Shown: positions 21,948 to 35,575, numbered from the stretch's first letter. The stretch: 64,000 nt of DNA from an uncultured Actinomycetota bacterium (GCA_963850895.1 CAWKNK010000011.1:117841-181840), one strand, 5' to 3'. A program made the numbers and translations. The notes: generated by a model not told the origin, from the sequence alone.

Positions 21948-23042
21948 CTAAAATCTCGGGTGCTGCCCGACAAGCTTTGCCCGCGGGCCCTCTTTGCCGC
22001 CCTTGCAGACCGTCCCCAACACCCAGCAATCCAAGTGACGGGCCGTCAAGATGGCCAAGGCGCGGTCGGTGTCCTCGGGCGCGACGACGGCGACCATGCC
22101 CACGCCCATGTTGAACGTCTTCTCCATCTCCTCCCGCCTCACCCGGCCACGCTGAGCGATCATGGCGAACACCGGTGCGGGCGTCCAGGTCCCGCGGTCG
22201 ATTTCGGCGACCAGGCCGTGCGGGATGACGCGTAGCAGGTTGCCGGCCAGCCCGCCGCCGGTGACATGGCAGAACGTGCGGACATGGGTTTCGGCGGTCA
22301 GCGCCAGGCAGTCTTTGGCGTAGATCCGGGTGGGTTCCAACAACTCCTCACCCAACGTGCGGCCGAACTCCTCGACATAACCGGCCAGGTTCATCCGGTC
22401 GATCTCGAGTAGCACCGTGCGGGCCAACGAGTACCCGTTGGAATGCAGGCCGGAGGAACCCATCGCGATGAGCGTGTCGCCGGGCTTGACGCGATCGGGC
22501 CCCAACACGTCGTCGGCCTCGACGACGCCGACACCGGTCGCCGAGATGTCGTAGTGGTCCGGTTCCATCAGACCGGGGTGTTCGGCGGTTTCGCCGCCGA
22601 GCAACGCGCAGCCGGCGCGCACGCATCCCTCGGCGATACCCGCCACGATCGCGCTGAGGCGTTCCGGCACCGTCCGGCCCACCGCGATGTAGTCCTGCAG
22701 GAACAGCGGCTCGGCGCCGCAGACCACAAGGTCGTCGACCACCATCGCGACCAGGTCCAGGCCGACGGTGTCGTGCTTGTCCATCGCCTGGGCGACCGCC
22801 AGCTTGGTTCCCACACCGTCGGTGGACGCCGCGAGCAGCGGTTCGCGGTAGTCGTTGCGCAAAGCGAACAACCCGGCGAACCCGCCCAGGCCGCCCCGCA
22901 CCTCGGGCCGGGTGGCCCTTGTCGCCAGCGGCTTGAACATTTCAACGGCGCGGTCACCGGCCTCAATGTCCACCCCGGCCGACGCGTAGGTGATGCCGTG
23001 GCTGCCCGGGTTTCGTCCGGGGCTTTTTCCGGGATCCGTCAT
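21948..23042 (-). CDS. purM: AIR synthase
   Basis: YASAGVDIEAG, STDGVGTK, GGETAEHPG, TFNMGVGM. Confidence 0.96.
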   Translation of the reverse strand: MTDPGKSPGRNPGSHGITYASAGVDIEAGDRAVEMFKPLATRATRPEVRGGLGGFAGLFALRNDYREPLLAASTDGVGTKLAVAQAMDKHDTVGLDLVAMVVDDLVVCGAEPLFLQDYIAVGRTVPERLSAIVAGIAEGCVRAGCALLGGETAEHPGLMEPDHYDISATGVGVVEADDVLGPDRVKPGDTLIAMGSSGLHSNGYSLARTVLLEIDRMNLAGYVEEFGRTLGEELLEPTRIYAKDCLALTAETHVRTFCHVTGGGLAGNLLRVIPHGLVAEIDRGTWTPAPVFAMIAQRGRVRREEMEKTFNMGVGMVAVVAPEDTDRALAILTARHLDCWVLGTVCKGGKEGPRAKLVGQHPRF

Positions 23043-23113
23043 CGCGATAAAGGCTACCGGGCGCCGCCGACCGCCGTTATCAAACGTCTTGGAAGGGGCG
23101 AATCGGATGTCCT

Positions 23114-24640
23114 TCAGTGGACGATGGGCACTTCGTCGGGCGCCAGATCGTCGAGCCCGGCTCCGCGCGCGGCGTTGGCGAGCATGTGCTCGATGACGTT
23201 CTTACCCAAGGCCGTCTCCTCGGGCAGTTCGATCGGATACTTGCCGTCGAAGCAGGCGGTGCAGAGCCGCGACGCGGGTTGCTCGGACGCCGCGACCAGG
23301 CCGCGCAGCGAGATGTAGCCGAGGCTGTCCGCCCCGATGGCGTGCCGTACCGCTTCGAGCATTTCCTCTTTGTCTTGCACGGCGTTGGCGATCAACTCGG
23401 CCGGCGACGGGAAGTCGATGCCGTAGAAGCAGGGCCATTTCACCGGCGGTGACGCAATACGCACGTGGACTTCGACGGCGCCGGCCTCGCGCAGCATCCG
23501 CAACAGCGCGCGCTGGGTGTTTCCCCGCACGATCGAGTCGTCGACGACGATGAGCCGCTTGCCGCGGATTACCTCTTTCAGCGGGTTGAGCTTCAACCGG
23601 ATACCGAGCTGGCGGATAGTCTGGGACGGCTGGATGAATGTGCGCCCGACGTAGGCGTTCTTCATCAGGCCCTGCCCGTACGGAATGCCGGACTCCTGCG
23701 CGTATCCGACCGCGGCGGGGGTGCCCGACTCCGGGACCCCGATCACCAGGTCGGCGTCGACCGGGCATTCACGGGCCAGCCGGCGACCGATCTCCACCCG
23801 GGTGCCGTGCACGGACCGGCCGGCGATCGTGCTGTCCGGGCGAGCCAGGTAGACGTACTCGAAGGCGCAGCCCTTGGGCGTGGGGTTGGCGAAACGGGTG
23901 GAGCGCACCCCGTCCGCGTCGATCGCCAGTAGCTCGCCTGGCTCGATATCGCGCACGAACGACGCGCCGACGATGTCGAGCGCGGCCGTTTCGGAGGCCA
24001 CCACCCAGCCGCGATCCAGTCGTCCGAGCGAAAGTGGCCGTACCCCATGCGGATCGCGGCAGGCATACAGCGTGTTCTCGTCCATGAACGTCAGGCAGAA
24101 CGCGCCGCGCACGGCTGGCAGCAGGTCCAGCGCCGCCTGCTCCAGGGTGGAATCGGCCGCGCCGTGGGCCAGCAGCGCGCCCAGGATGTCGGAGTCCGTC
24201 GTCGCCGGGGCGGGGCAGCGCCGGGCGATCAGCCCCGCGTCGCGGGCGCGGGCGGCAAGCTCGGCGGTATTGACCAGATTTCCGTTGTGCCCCAAGGCGA
24301 CCCCGGTGCCGGCCGCGGTGTTGCGAAACACCGGTTGCGCGTTCTCCCACGTAGTGTCGCCCGTGGTGGAGTAGCGGCAATGCCCGATGGCGACGTGGCC
24401 CGGCATCGCCGCGAGCGTCTGCTCGTCGAACACCTGGCTGACCAAGCCCAAGTCTTTGAAGACGAGGACCTGCGAGCCATCGGCGACGGCGATGCCCGCG
24501 GCTTCCTGCCCGCGATGCTGCAGGGCGTACAAGCCGTAGTAAGTGAGTTTTGCGACATCCTCGCCCGGGGCCCAAACCCCAAATACGCCACACTCTTCAC
24601 GGGGCGAGTTCAGGTCCTGCTCGGGCTCCTGGACGGTCAC
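23114..24640 (-). CDS. purF: Amidophosphoribosyltransferase
   Basis: EECGVFG, LQHRGQE, VDDSIVRGNT; start taken at GTG 24640. Confidence 0.95.
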   Translation of the reverse strand: MTVQEPEQDLNSPREECGVFGVWAPGEDVAKLTYYGLYALQHRGQEAAGIAVADGSQVLVFKDLGLVSQVFDEQTLAAMPGHVAIGHCRYSTTGDTTWENAQPVFRNTAAGTGVALGHNGNLVNTAELAARARDAGLIARRCPAPATTDSDILGALLAHGAADSTLEQAALDLLPAVRGAFCLTFMDENTLYACRDPHGVRPLSLGRLDRGWVVASETAALDIVGASFVRDIEPGELLAIDADGVRSTRFANPTPKGCAFEYVYLARPDSTIAGRSVHGTRVEIGRRLARECPVDADLVIGVPESGTPAAVGYAQESGIPYGQGLMKNAYVGRTFIQPSQTIRQLGIRLKLNPLKEVIRGKRLIVVDDSIVRGNTQRALLRMLREAGAVEVHVRIASPPVKWPCFYGIDFPSPAELIANAVQDKEEMLEAVRHAIGADSLGYISLRGLVAASEQPASRLCTACFDGKYPIELPEETALGKNVIEHMLANAARGAGLDDLAPDEVPIVH

Positions 24641-24779
24641 GATTGGGCGGCTCCCCGGGGAACGGTTGGTGACGTAACGGAGTCTACGGGTCCGACGCCC
24701 GCGTCCGCGAATCAACAGCGCGTGTTGCGTGCCGAAAATTCCCTCGACCCACCCTAAACCTGCAGTTCAGGGTTATTAT

Positions 24780-25169
24780 TCAGCTGACATCGAACAGGGG
24801 TAGACAGTGTTCGATCTCACCGGCTCGAGAGCCTGAAAGGCTCAGCGCAGCGGCTTCCTTCGCCTCCTGGAACGACAGCAGCCCGGCCGCCAACAGCAGC
24901 CAGGTCCGTGGATCGGTCTCCACCACGTTGGGCGGCGTGCCGCGGGTGTGTCTGGGCCCGGCGACGCACTGCACCGCGGCGAACGGCGGGATCCGCACCT
25001 CGACGCTGGCGCCCGGCGCCACGGCGGCCAGGGTGCGCGCGGTGAGCCGGACGGCGGTGCCGAGGCTCTCGCGGTCGGGGGCAGGCCGGGATTCGTCTCG
25101 CAACCAGTCCACGACGGCCGACACGGCCTGCCGGGTCTTTGCCGGATCTGCCTTCTGACGGGCGGCCAT
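24780..25169 (-). CDS. Sterol-carrier-like (SCP_3) protein (Rv0807-like)
   Basis: PGASVEVRIPPFAAVQC...HTRGTPPNVVETDP. Confidence 0.88.
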   Translation of the reverse strand: MAARQKADPAKTRQAVSAVVDWLRDESRPAPDRESLGTAVRLTARTLAAVAPGASVEVRIPPFAAVQCVAGPRHTRGTPPNVVETDPRTWLLLAAGLLSFQEAKEAAALSLSGSRAGEIEHCLPLFDVS

Positions 25170-25188
25170 ACCCTAGGGTCTCAAACTC

Positions 25189-26403
25189 ATGGAGCGTCGT
25201 CGCTTGCGGCGCGGGCCACCCTACAAGTCCGTCGGCCTCGTGACGGTCGTCCTCATGGGGTTGGTCGGGTCGCTGCTGTACCTGCAGTTCCGGGGCGACC
25301 TCACGCCGACCACGAAGCTGACCATGGTCGCCACCCGGGCCGGCCTGGTGATGGATCCCGGATCCAAGGTCACCTATAACGGGGTGCAGATCGGGCGGGT
25401 GGCGAGCATTTCCGAGATCACCCGCGACGGCAAGCCGGCCGCCAAGGTGGTGCTGGATATCACCCCCCGGTACGTCAAGATGATCCCGGCCAACGTGGCG
25501 GCCGCCATCAAGGCGACCACGGTGTTCGGCAACAAATATGTCGCATTGAGTTCGCCGCCTAAGCCCGCGGCGCAATCGATCACACCGTCGACCGTGATCG
25601 ACGCGACCTCGGTGACCACCGAGTTCAACACCGTGTTCGAGACGCTCATGTCGATCGCGGAGAAAGTCGATCCGGTCAAGGTGAACCTGACGCTCGGCGC
25701 GGCCGCGCAAGCCCTGACGGGACTGGGCGAAAAGTTCGGCGCCTCTTTGGTCAACGGCAACACAATCCTCGACGACGTGAACCCCCGGATGCGCGAAATC
25801 CGGGCCGACATTGCGCGGTTGGCCGCTCTGGGTGAGACCTACGCCAACGCCTCGCCGGACCTCTGGGACGCGCTTGACCACGGGGTGACCGCGGCGCGCA
25901 CGCTCAACCGCCAGCAAGTCGATCTGGATGCGGCGCTGCTGGCGACGGCCGGACTGGGCGGCACGGGCGCCGATGTTTTCGGACGCGGCGGGCCGTACCT
26001 GGCGCGGGGAGCCGACGATCTGGTCGGCTCCAGCCAGCTGCTCGACGAGTACAGTCCGGAGATCTTCTGCACCATACGCAATTTCAACGAAGTCGGACCC
26101 AGGATCCACAACGCCCTCGGCGACAACGGCTACTCGCTGGGCGCCCACGCGGCGGGCGCAATCGCCGGGGCGCCCAACCCGTATATCTGGCCGGAGAATC
26201 TGCCCCGGACCAACGCCAGGGGCGGTCCCGGCGGCCGGCCGGGCTGTTGGCAGACCATCACCCGGCAGCTGTGGCCGGCGCCGTTTCTGGTGATGGACAC
26301 CGGCGCGAGCATGGCTCCCTACAACCACTTCGAGATCGGCTCGCCACTTGCGGTCGAGCACGTGTGGGGTCGCCAGCTGGGCGACTACACCATTAACCCC
26401 TGA
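25189..26403 (+). CDS. Isolated MceA-type (Mce1A-like) MCE-domain protein
   Basis: PPYK + TM, RAGLVMDPGSKVTYNGVQIGRV, ATTVFGNKYV, C-terminal DYTINP. Confidence 0.9.
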   Translation: MERRRLRRGPPYKSVGLVTVVLMGLVGSLLYLQFRGDLTPTTKLTMVATRAGLVMDPGSKVTYNGVQIGRVASISEITRDGKPAAKVVLDITPRYVKMIPANVAAAIKATTVFGNKYVALSSPPKPAAQSITPSTVIDATSVTTEFNTVFETLMSIAEKVDPVKVNLTLGAAAQALTGLGEKFGASLVNGNTILDDVNPRMREIRADIARLAALGETYANASPDLWDALDHGVTAARTLNRQQVDLDAALLATAGLGGTGADVFGRGGPYLARGADDLVGSSQLLDEYSPEIFCTIRNFNEVGPRIHNALGDNGYSLGAHAAGAIAGAPNPYIWPENLPRTNARGGPGGRPGCWQTITRQLWPAPFLVMDTGASMAPYNHFEIGSPLAVEHVWGRQLGDYTINP

Positions 26404-27013
26404 CGCTCAGCGCGGCGATCGCGCCGGCCTCATTGATGGCCAAGTGCGCCAGCATGGGCGCGGCGAGGCTGTCGGAACGGTCTGCCAGCCAGCCGAATAG
26501 CCACCCCGCGATGCCGGTCACCAGCACGGTGCCCACCACCGGCTCGCCCGCCGCCCGCGCGTCCGCAATGTGGGAGAGCCCAAAACTTGCCGCTTGCAAC
26601 AACCTTCCGCCGGACCTGCCGCACGCACCGGAAGCGGTTGTGGTCAATGCCGCGCGGAACGCGGCCTCCTCGGCCCAGACGGTGCCGACGGGGATCCGCA
26701 GCAGCAGCCAACCGGGCACCGACCCGGGCGGCTCCCGGTCGGCCATGGACGCCCGCACCAACGGCACGGCCGCCGTCGCGGCGATCGCGCTCGCCGCGGC
26801 CGCGCCGGCCGCCGACCCCAGCCGCAGCCCCGCCCACAGCCGCGGCGGATACAAGCCCAGCGGTGCACGCGTCCCAAGCACCAGCAGCCCGGCCGCACCG
26901 GCCTGCGCCGTGACCCGCCATGCCGTGGGCAGTCGCGGACCGACGAAGCTCCAGCCGACCAGGGCGGCGGCCAAAGAGAACGCACGAGCCCGACGGAAAC
27001 CGTTCTCGCCCAT
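26393..27013 (-). CDS. CPBP (Abi/CAAX) intramembrane metalloprotease (Rv0804-like)
   Basis: WAEEAAFR, FGLSHI, PMLAHLAIN. Confidence 0.88.
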   Translation of the reverse strand: MGENGFRRARAFSLAAALVGWSFVGPRLPTAWRVTAQAGAAGLLVLGTRAPLGLYPPRLWAGLRLGSAAGAAAASAIAATAAVPLVRASMADREPPGSVPGWLLLRIPVGTVWAEEAAFRAALTTTASGACGRSGGRLLQAASFGLSHIADARAAGEPVVGTVLVTGIAGWLFGWLADRSDSLAAPMLAHLAINEAGAIAALSVRG

Positions 27014-27032
27014 CAGGATTCGCCGCTGCGGC

Positions 27033-29728
<2,696 letters not shown>

Positions 29729-29746
29729 ACCGCCAGACCTTAGGCC

Positions 29747-31021
29747 TCACAAGGGCTCAGGCGAAAGGAACGCCCGCATCGCCGACGAGTAGGCGGCCAC
29801 GTCGTGAGCGCCCATCAATTCGCGCGCCGAGTGCATCGCCAGCTGCGCGGCACCGACATCGACGGTGGGGATGCCGGTCCGCGCCGAGGCCAGCGGCCCG
29901 ATCGTCGACCCGCACGGCAGGTCGGCGCGGTGCTCGTAGCGCTGCAGGGCGACCCCGGCCCGCTGGCAGGCCAGCGCGAAGGCCGCGGCCGTCCGTCCGT
30001 CGGTGGCGTAGCGCAGGTTGGGGTGCACCTTGAGCACCGGTCCGGCGTTGACCTCGATGGGGTGGCCGGGCTCGTGCCGCTCCGGATAGTTGGGGTGGGT
30101 CGCGTGCGCCATGTCCGCCGAGACCAGCAACGAGTCGGGCAGCCGGCGCAGGAAGTCTTCCCGGGTGCCGCCGGCCGCGAGCACGATCCGCTCCAGGACG
30201 GTCCCGAGCAGGTCGGACTGGGCGCCGTGGTCGGAGGACGAACCGACCTCCTCGTGGTCGAAGAGCACCAGCACGGGCAGGAAACCCCCCGGCTCCGAGG
30301 CCTGTTCCAACGCCAACAAGGCCTCCATCCCCGCATAGCAGCTGGCCTGATTATCGAGCCGGGGAGCGCTGAGCAGGTCGGCGTCTGCGCCGATCACCGT
30401 CGACGGGGTCAGGTCGTGGGTCATCAGGTCGGCGGCCAGCACGGCGGTCGGCGCGACCCCGGCGCGTTCTGCGACGAAGTCGACGAACGACTTCGCTTCT
30501 GCGCCGACGCCCCAGACCGCGTTGACGTGTCGCTGCGGGTCCAGCGTCAGCGATTTGCGGTCCTCGGCCAGGTGAATGGCCAGCTGCGGGACCCGCAGGA
30601 TCGGGTCGTCTATCCGGACCAGCCGGTGCTCGATCCCGGCGCCGTCATGCACCGACAATCGTCCGCTGATGCCCAGGTCGCGGTCCAGCCAGGAGTTGAG
30701 CCACGCTCCGCCGTAGGGCTCCAGCGCCACCACGCGCCAGCCGGCGACCAGCCGGTCCGGATGCTGCTTGACCCGCAGGTTCGGGCTGTCGGTGTGCGCG
30801 CCGACGATCCGGAACGGGCCCTCGGGCCCATCGGAATTCCAGGCGACCAGCGAGCCGGCCCGCACCGTGAAGTAGCGGCCCGGTTCGTCCGGCCAGCGTC
30901 TAGCCTCGCTCAGTTCGGTGTAGCCGGCAGCGGTCAGCCGCGCGGCCACCGTGGCGCAGACGTGAAATGGCGACGGAGAAGCGTCGATGAAATCGCAGAG
31001 GCCTGCGGCGCTGGCCGACAT
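29747..31021 (-). CDS. pepC: M18 family aminopeptidase
   Basis: [39 protein letters not shown]; alternative ATGs up to 31033. Confidence 0.92.
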   Translation of the reverse strand: MSASAAGLCDFIDASPSPFHVCATVAARLTAAGYTELSEARRWPDEPGRYFTVRAGSLVAWNSDGPEGPFRIVGAHTDSPNLRVKQHPDRLVAGWRVVALEPYGGAWLNSWLDRDLGISGRLSVHDGAGIEHRLVRIDDPILRVPQLAIHLAEDRKSLTLDPQRHVNAVWGVGAEAKSFVDFVAERAGVAPTAVLAADLMTHDLTPSTVIGADADLLSAPRLDNQASCYAGMEALLALEQASEPGGFLPVLVLFDHEEVGSSSDHGAQSDLLGTVLERIVLAAGGTREDFLRRLPDSLLVSADMAHATHPNYPERHEPGHPIEVNAGPVLKVHPNLRYATDGRTAAAFALACQRAGVALQRYEHRADLPCGSTIGPLASARTGIPTVDVGAAQLAMHSARELMGAHDVAAYSSAMRAFLSPEPL

Positions 31022-31035
31022 GTTCATCATCATGG

Positions 31036-31235
31036 CTTCCGGCGCTCGCCGTCGCCACGCTAGGTCCGAGTGCGCGGCTCCTTGCTCGCGCCCTTCCGGC
31101 GCTCGCCGTCGCCACGCTAGGTCCGAGTGCGCGGCTCCTTGCTCGCGCCCTTCCGGCGCTCGCCGTCGCCACGCTAGGTCCGATTGCGCGGCTCCTTGCT
31201 CGCGCCCTTCCGGCGCTCGCCGTCGCCACGCTAGG
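31036..31235. repeat. 57-bp tandem repeat (VNTR), 3.5 copies
   Basis: Units start at 31036, 31093, 31150, 31207; one G>T variant in copy 3. Confidence 0.95.
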
Positions 31236-31244
31236 GTCAGCAGA

Positions 31245-32255
31245 GTGCCTCCCGTCCAGCCACAGCCGATCCTCGAGCCGTTGACGCCTGCGGCGGTCTT
31301 CCTGGTAGTGACCATCGACGACGGCGGGGAAGCGACGGTGCATGACGCGCTGCCCGACATTTCCGGGCTGGTGCGCGCGATTGGTTTTCGCGAGCCGCCG
31401 AAACGGCTGTCGGCCATCGCCTCCATCGGCTCGCAGGCCTGGGATCGCTTGTTTTCCGGGCCGCGCCCCGCCGAGTTGCACGAGTTCATCGAATGGAATG
31501 GCCCGCGGCACACCGCCCCGGCCACGCCCGGGGATCTGTTGTTCCACATCCGGGCCGAGAGCTTGGACGTGTGTTTCGAATTGGCCGACCGCATCCTGAG
31601 GTCGATGGCCGGCGCCGTCACCGTGGTCGACGAGGTGCACGGATTCCGCTACTTCGACAACCGCGACCTGTTGGGCTTCGTCGACGGCACGGAAAACCCC
31701 GACGGCGCGCTGGCCGTCAGCTCCACCGCCATCGGCGGCGAAGACCCCGAATTCGAGGGCTCGTGCTACGTGCACGTGCAGAAGTATCTGCACGAAATGT
31801 CTTCGTGGAACTCGCTGTCGGTCACCGAGCAGGAGTTGGTGATCGGCCGCACGAAGCTGGAGAACCTCGAACTCGACTACGACGAAAAGCCGGCCAACTC
31901 CCACATCGCCCTCAACGTCATCACCGACGACGACGGGACCGAGCTGAAGATCGTGCGGCACAACATGCCGTTCGGCGAGCTCGGCAAGGGCGAGTACGGC
32001 ACCTACTTCATCGGCTATTCCCGCACGCCGCAGGTCACCGAACAGATGCTGCGCAACATGTTCCTCGGGGATCCGCCCGGCAACACCGACCGCATCCTCG
32101 AGTTCTCCACCGCGGTCACCGGTGGCCTATTCTTCTCCCCCACTGTCGACTTTCTCGATGATCCACCGCCACTGCCCGCAGCACCGGTAGCGGAAATGTC
32201 TGCTGCACAGGACGGCTCACTTTCGATCGGCAGTCTGAAAGGAACCACTTCATGA
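31245..32255 (+). CDS. dyp: Dye-decolorizing peroxidase with encapsulin targeting peptide
   Basis: [19 protein letters not shown]-terminal [17 protein letters not shown] -10 seven nt before GTG. Confidence 0.93.
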   Translation: MPPVQPQPILEPLTPAAVFLVVTIDDGGEATVHDALPDISGLVRAIGFREPPKRLSAIASIGSQAWDRLFSGPRPAELHEFIEWNGPRHTAPATPGDLLFHIRAESLDVCFELADRILRSMAGAVTVVDEVHGFRYFDNRDLLGFVDGTENPDGALAVSSTAIGGEDPEFEGSCYVHVQKYLHEMSSWNSLSVTEQELVIGRTKLENLELDYDEKPANSHIALNVITDDDGTELKIVRHNMPFGELGKGEYGTYFIGYSRTPQVTEQMLRNMFLGDPPGNTDRILEFSTAVTGGLFFSPTVDFLDDPPPLPAAPVAEMSAAQDGSLSIGSLKGTTS

Positions 32256-33049
32256 ACAACCTCTACCGCGACCTCGCCCCGGTCACCGAAGCCGCTTGGG
32301 AAGAAATCGAGTTGGAGGCGACCCGGACGTTCAAACGCCATGTCGCCGGACGCCGGGTGGTCGACGTGAGCGGGCCCGGCGGGCCGGTCACCGCAGGGGT
32401 CAGCACCGGCCGCCTGATCGACGTGGCGTCACCCTCCGACGGCGTGGAGGCTCATTTGCGGGCAAGCAAACCCCTTGTCCGCCTGCGGGTTCCGTTCACG
32501 CTGTCGCGCTATGAGGTCGACAACGTGGAGCGCGGCGCGCAGGACTCCGACTGGGACCCGGTCAAGGCCGCCGCCAAGAAGCTGGCCTTCGTCGAGGACC
32601 GCGCCATCTTCGAGGGCTACGCTGCCGCGTCGATCGACGGCATCCGCACCTGCAGCGCCAACCCGCCGCTGAAGTTGCCCGAGGATCCCCGCGACATGCC
32701 CGACGCCATCTCGCAGGCGTTGACCGGCCTGCGCCTGGCGGGCGTCGACGGCCCCTATTCGGTGCTGCTTTCCGCCGACGTCTACACCAAGGTCAGCGAG
32801 ACCACCGAACACGGCTATCCGATCCGCGAGCATCTGAACCGGTTGGTCGACGGCGACATCATCTGGGCGCCCGCCATCGACGGCGCCTTCGTGCTGACGA
32901 CTCGCGGCGGCGACTTCGATCTGCAGCTGGGTACCGATGTCGCGATCGGGTACCTGAGCCATGACGCCAATACCGTGCAGCTCTATTTGCAGGAGACGCT
33001 GACCTTCTTGTGTTACACCGCCGAGGCGTCCGTCTGTTTCGCCCCGTAG
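32252..33049 (+). CDS. enc: Family 1 encapsulin shell protein (Cfp29)
   Basis: [33 protein letters not shown] overlap with dyp. Confidence 0.95.
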   Translation: MNNLYRDLAPVTEAAWEEIELEATRTFKRHVAGRRVVDVSGPGGPVTAGVSTGRLIDVASPSDGVEAHLRASKPLVRLRVPFTLSRYEVDNVERGAQDSDWDPVKAAAKKLAFVEDRAIFEGYAAASIDGIRTCSANPPLKLPEDPRDMPDAISQALTGLRLAGVDGPYSVLLSADVYTKVSETTEHGYPIREHLNRLVDGDIIWAPAIDGAFVLTTRGGDFDLQLGTDVAIGYLSHDANTVQLYLQETLTFLCYTAEASVCFAP

Positions 33050-33116
33050 GAATAAATGCCGGGGGGCCGCTGCTGACGGGGAGGCAAGTGAACTTCTCTC
33101 TTGGAGGCAGGGTTCG

Positions 33117-33857
33117 ATGGCAGCAACAATTGCCGGCTCCACCGCGTTGGTGACCGGAGCCACGTCCGGGATCGGCCGAGAAATCGCGTTACGACTCGCC
33201 GAACGCGGGGTTGAGGTGGTGGTCCACGGCCGCAGCGCCGAACGCGGCGCGAAGACGGTCCGTGATATCGAGAATGCCGGCGGTAGGGCGCGTTTCGTCG
33301 CGGCGGACCTCAACGATGGCGACGACGTGCGCCGCCTGGCCGCCGAGGCCGGACCGGTCGACATATTGGTCAACAACGCCGGCATCTACCAATTCGGGTC
33401 GACCGTAGCGACCGACGATGCGACGTTCGACGAGCACGTGAATGTGAACCTGCGCGCCCCTTACATTTTAGTCCAGCAGTTGGTGCCAGGAATGATCGAG
33501 CGCGGCAGCGGCTCGGTGGTCAACGTGAGCACCGTTGCGGCCTCGGTGCCGGCGAGCGGTGCGGGCATCTATGGCGCCACCAAAGCCGGTCTGGAGCAGC
33601 TGACGCGCGTCTGGGCGGATGAGTTCGGCGGATCGGGGGTGCGGGTGAACGCGATCGCCGTCGGGCCAACCGACACCCCCGGTGTGGCCGCCCTGCCCGG
33701 TGTGTTGGAGGCGGTGGCGGCCAGCACCACGCTGGGCCGGCCGGCCGAAGCCAGTGAAATCGCCAGCGCGGTCGTCTTTCTCAGCTCCGCCGACGCCAGC
33801 TATGTGAACGGTGCAGTGTTGCCCGCAACCGGCGGTCAGCGCGCAATTGCCGCCTGA
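33117..33857 (+). CDS. SDR-family oxidoreductase
   Basis: TGATSGIG, NNAG, YGATK. Confidence 0.92.
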   Translation: MAATIAGSTALVTGATSGIGREIALRLAERGVEVVVHGRSAERGAKTVRDIENAGGRARFVAADLNDGDDVRRLAAEAGPVDILVNNAGIYQFGSTVATDDATFDEHVNVNLRAPYILVQQLVPGMIERGSGSVVNVSTVAASVPASGAGIYGATKAGLEQLTRVWADEFGGSGVRVNAIAVGPTDTPGVAALPGVLEAVAASTTLGRPAEASEIASAVVFLSSADASYVNGAVLPATGGQRAIAA

Positions 33858-33871
33858 AGAAACGTTTTTCA

Positions 33872-35575
33872 CTACAGGTCGAGAACAAGATCGGTCTCCG
33901 GAGCCGCCGAGCAGATGAGCACGGTCCCCTGCTCGGCCGGCTCCAGCGGCTGCTGTATGTAGGTGGCCCTGCCGGCAACGACCCCGGTGACGCACACGTG
34001 ACAGACCCCGCTTCGGCAGGAGAACCGGGTGGGCACGTCGCAGGCTTCGGCCAGCTCGAGGATGCTTCCGCAGCCGGATGACCAGTTGACCGTCAGGCCG
34101 CTGCGCGCGAACGTGATCGACGGCCCCGTTCCCGGAAGTCCCGCGGGGGGATGCGGTGGCTTACGAGGGGCGCCGTCGACGATGCCCGGGTTGATCGGCG
34201 GGAGGGCGCCGAAGAGTTCGCTATGGATCCGCTCTGGGTCCAGGCCCCTCGCGGTGAGAGCGTCGCGCATGTCGCTCATGAATTCGGTTGGGCCGCAGAG
34301 GTATGCCGTGGCGTCGGTCGGGATACCCAGCGCCGCGACGGCCGGCCGGTCCAACCTCCCCTGTGTCTGCGTGTAAAACACCGACTGCCGCGCACGCGGC
34401 AACGACCCGATCAAGCTCGCGACTTCGGCCGCGAATGCTTGCGTTGCACGATTGCGCGCGGTGTGCAGCCACCAGATGTCGCGGGCGCTGCGGGCCGCCG
34501 AGAGCGCATGCAGCATCGCCAGGACGGGCGTGATGCCGATTCCCGCCGACATCAGCAAGACCGGGCCGCCGCCATTGGTGAGGCAAAACTCGCCGCGCGG
34601 GGCGGCGGCCTCAACGACCGAGCCCGGCTCGATGTGCTCGTGCAGCCATCGGCTCACCAGACCGTGCTCGTCGCGTTTGACGCTGATGCGGTAATGCCCT
34701 GCGGCGGGGTCTCCCGAGAGGGAGTAACTGCGCAGCGGTGCCGGCGCGCCTGCGCCGGGGACTCGCACCGTCAGGTATTGCCCGGGGAGCGGCGGCGGAA
34801 GGGCGGCATGGTCGTCGGCCTCCAGCCGGATGGACATCACCTGTGGGCTTTCCCGGCGTATTGCGCTGACACGCAAGGGGCGAAACCCATCCCACGCCGG
34901 CTGCGCTCCCGGGATTTCGGCGACGGATTTCTGGTGCGCTTCCAGCATGTCCCGGAACGACTGCTGCCAGCCGGGGCTGAGCGCGGGGACGTCGACGACC
35001 TTGCGGAGTCGGTCGAAGTCGCGGTTCGGCAGATACAGAAGCGCGTCGACGTCGGCGATGCTGAGCTCGTGGCGACCCCGGCGGGTACGCACGACGTCAT
35101 CGCCGGCGCGAACCTGTCCCTCGGTGATCACCCGAAAGTAGAACCCCGGGCGCCGTTGAGAGACAAGCAGGTTCGGCATCTTGGGTTCGTTCAGACGCAG
35201 ACCTACCCGGAAGCAGGTGACGCGGGGCTGAGTGACCTCGAACTCGGCCTCACCGATCCGGTAGCGGTCGCCGATGCACACATCGTCGTCGGGCAGTCCG
35301 GTGATCGTGAAGTTCTCCCCGAAGTGGCCGGGCACGAGGTCGTCGCGACCCAGGTATCTCTTCCAGAAGTCGTATGACTCGGTCTGGTACACCATGACGG
35401 CACGCTGCTCACCACCATGGCCGCCGAGATCGCCCTGGCCGTCGCCGTCGATGTTCAGGCGGCGCACCATGACCGGCCCGTCGACCGGCGTCTTCCAGAT
35501 CCCCGTGTAGACGGTCTTGTCATGCCACTGCACGTTCTTGGGCATGCCGACGTTCACCGAGACCAGCTTGCCCAC
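33872..35575 (-). CDS. MOSC(YiiM-like)-FAD/NADH reductase-2Fe2S fusion oxidoreductase
   Basis: GENFT, QPRVTC, RSYSLS, SAGIGITP, CGP, CRSGVCHVC...LIC; GGAGGTG RBS before GTG 35575. Confidence 0.9.
   Translation of the reverse strand: MGKLVSVNVGMPKNVQWHDKTVYTGIWKTPVDGPVMVRRLNIDGDGQGDLGGHGGEQRAVMVYQTESYDFWKRYLGRDDLVPGHFGENFTITGLPDDDVCIGDRYRIGEAEFEVTQPRVTCFRVGLRLNEPKMPNLLVSQRRPGFYFRVITEGQVRAGDDVVRTRRGRHELSIADVDALLYLPNRDFDRLRKVVDVPALSPGWQQSFRDMLEAHQKSVAEIPGAQPAWDGFRPLRVSAIRRESPQVMSIRLEADDHAALPPPLPGQYLTVRVPGAGAPAPLRSYSLSGDPAAGHYRISVKRDEHGLVSRWLHEHIEPGSVVEAAAPRGEFCLTNGGGPVLLMSAGIGITPVLAMLHALSAARSARDIWWLHTARNRATQAFAAEVASLIGSLPRARQSVFYTQTQGRLDRPAVAALGIPTDATAYLCGPTEFMSDMRDALTARGLDPERIHSELFGALPPINPGIVDGAPRKPPHPPAGLPGTGPSITFARSGLTVNWSSGCGSILELAEACDVPTRFSCRSGVCHVCVTGVVAGRATYIQQPLEPAEQGTVLICSAAPETDLVLDL

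Noticed and set aside
31036..31235. CRISPR array
   Set aside because: Units are contiguous near-identical 57-mers with no unique spacers and no cas genes
29747..31621. 624-aa extended PepC and the extended Dyp ORF from 30987
   Set aside because: Extensions are just read-through of the stop-free VNTR; family N-termini begin at ~31021 and 31245
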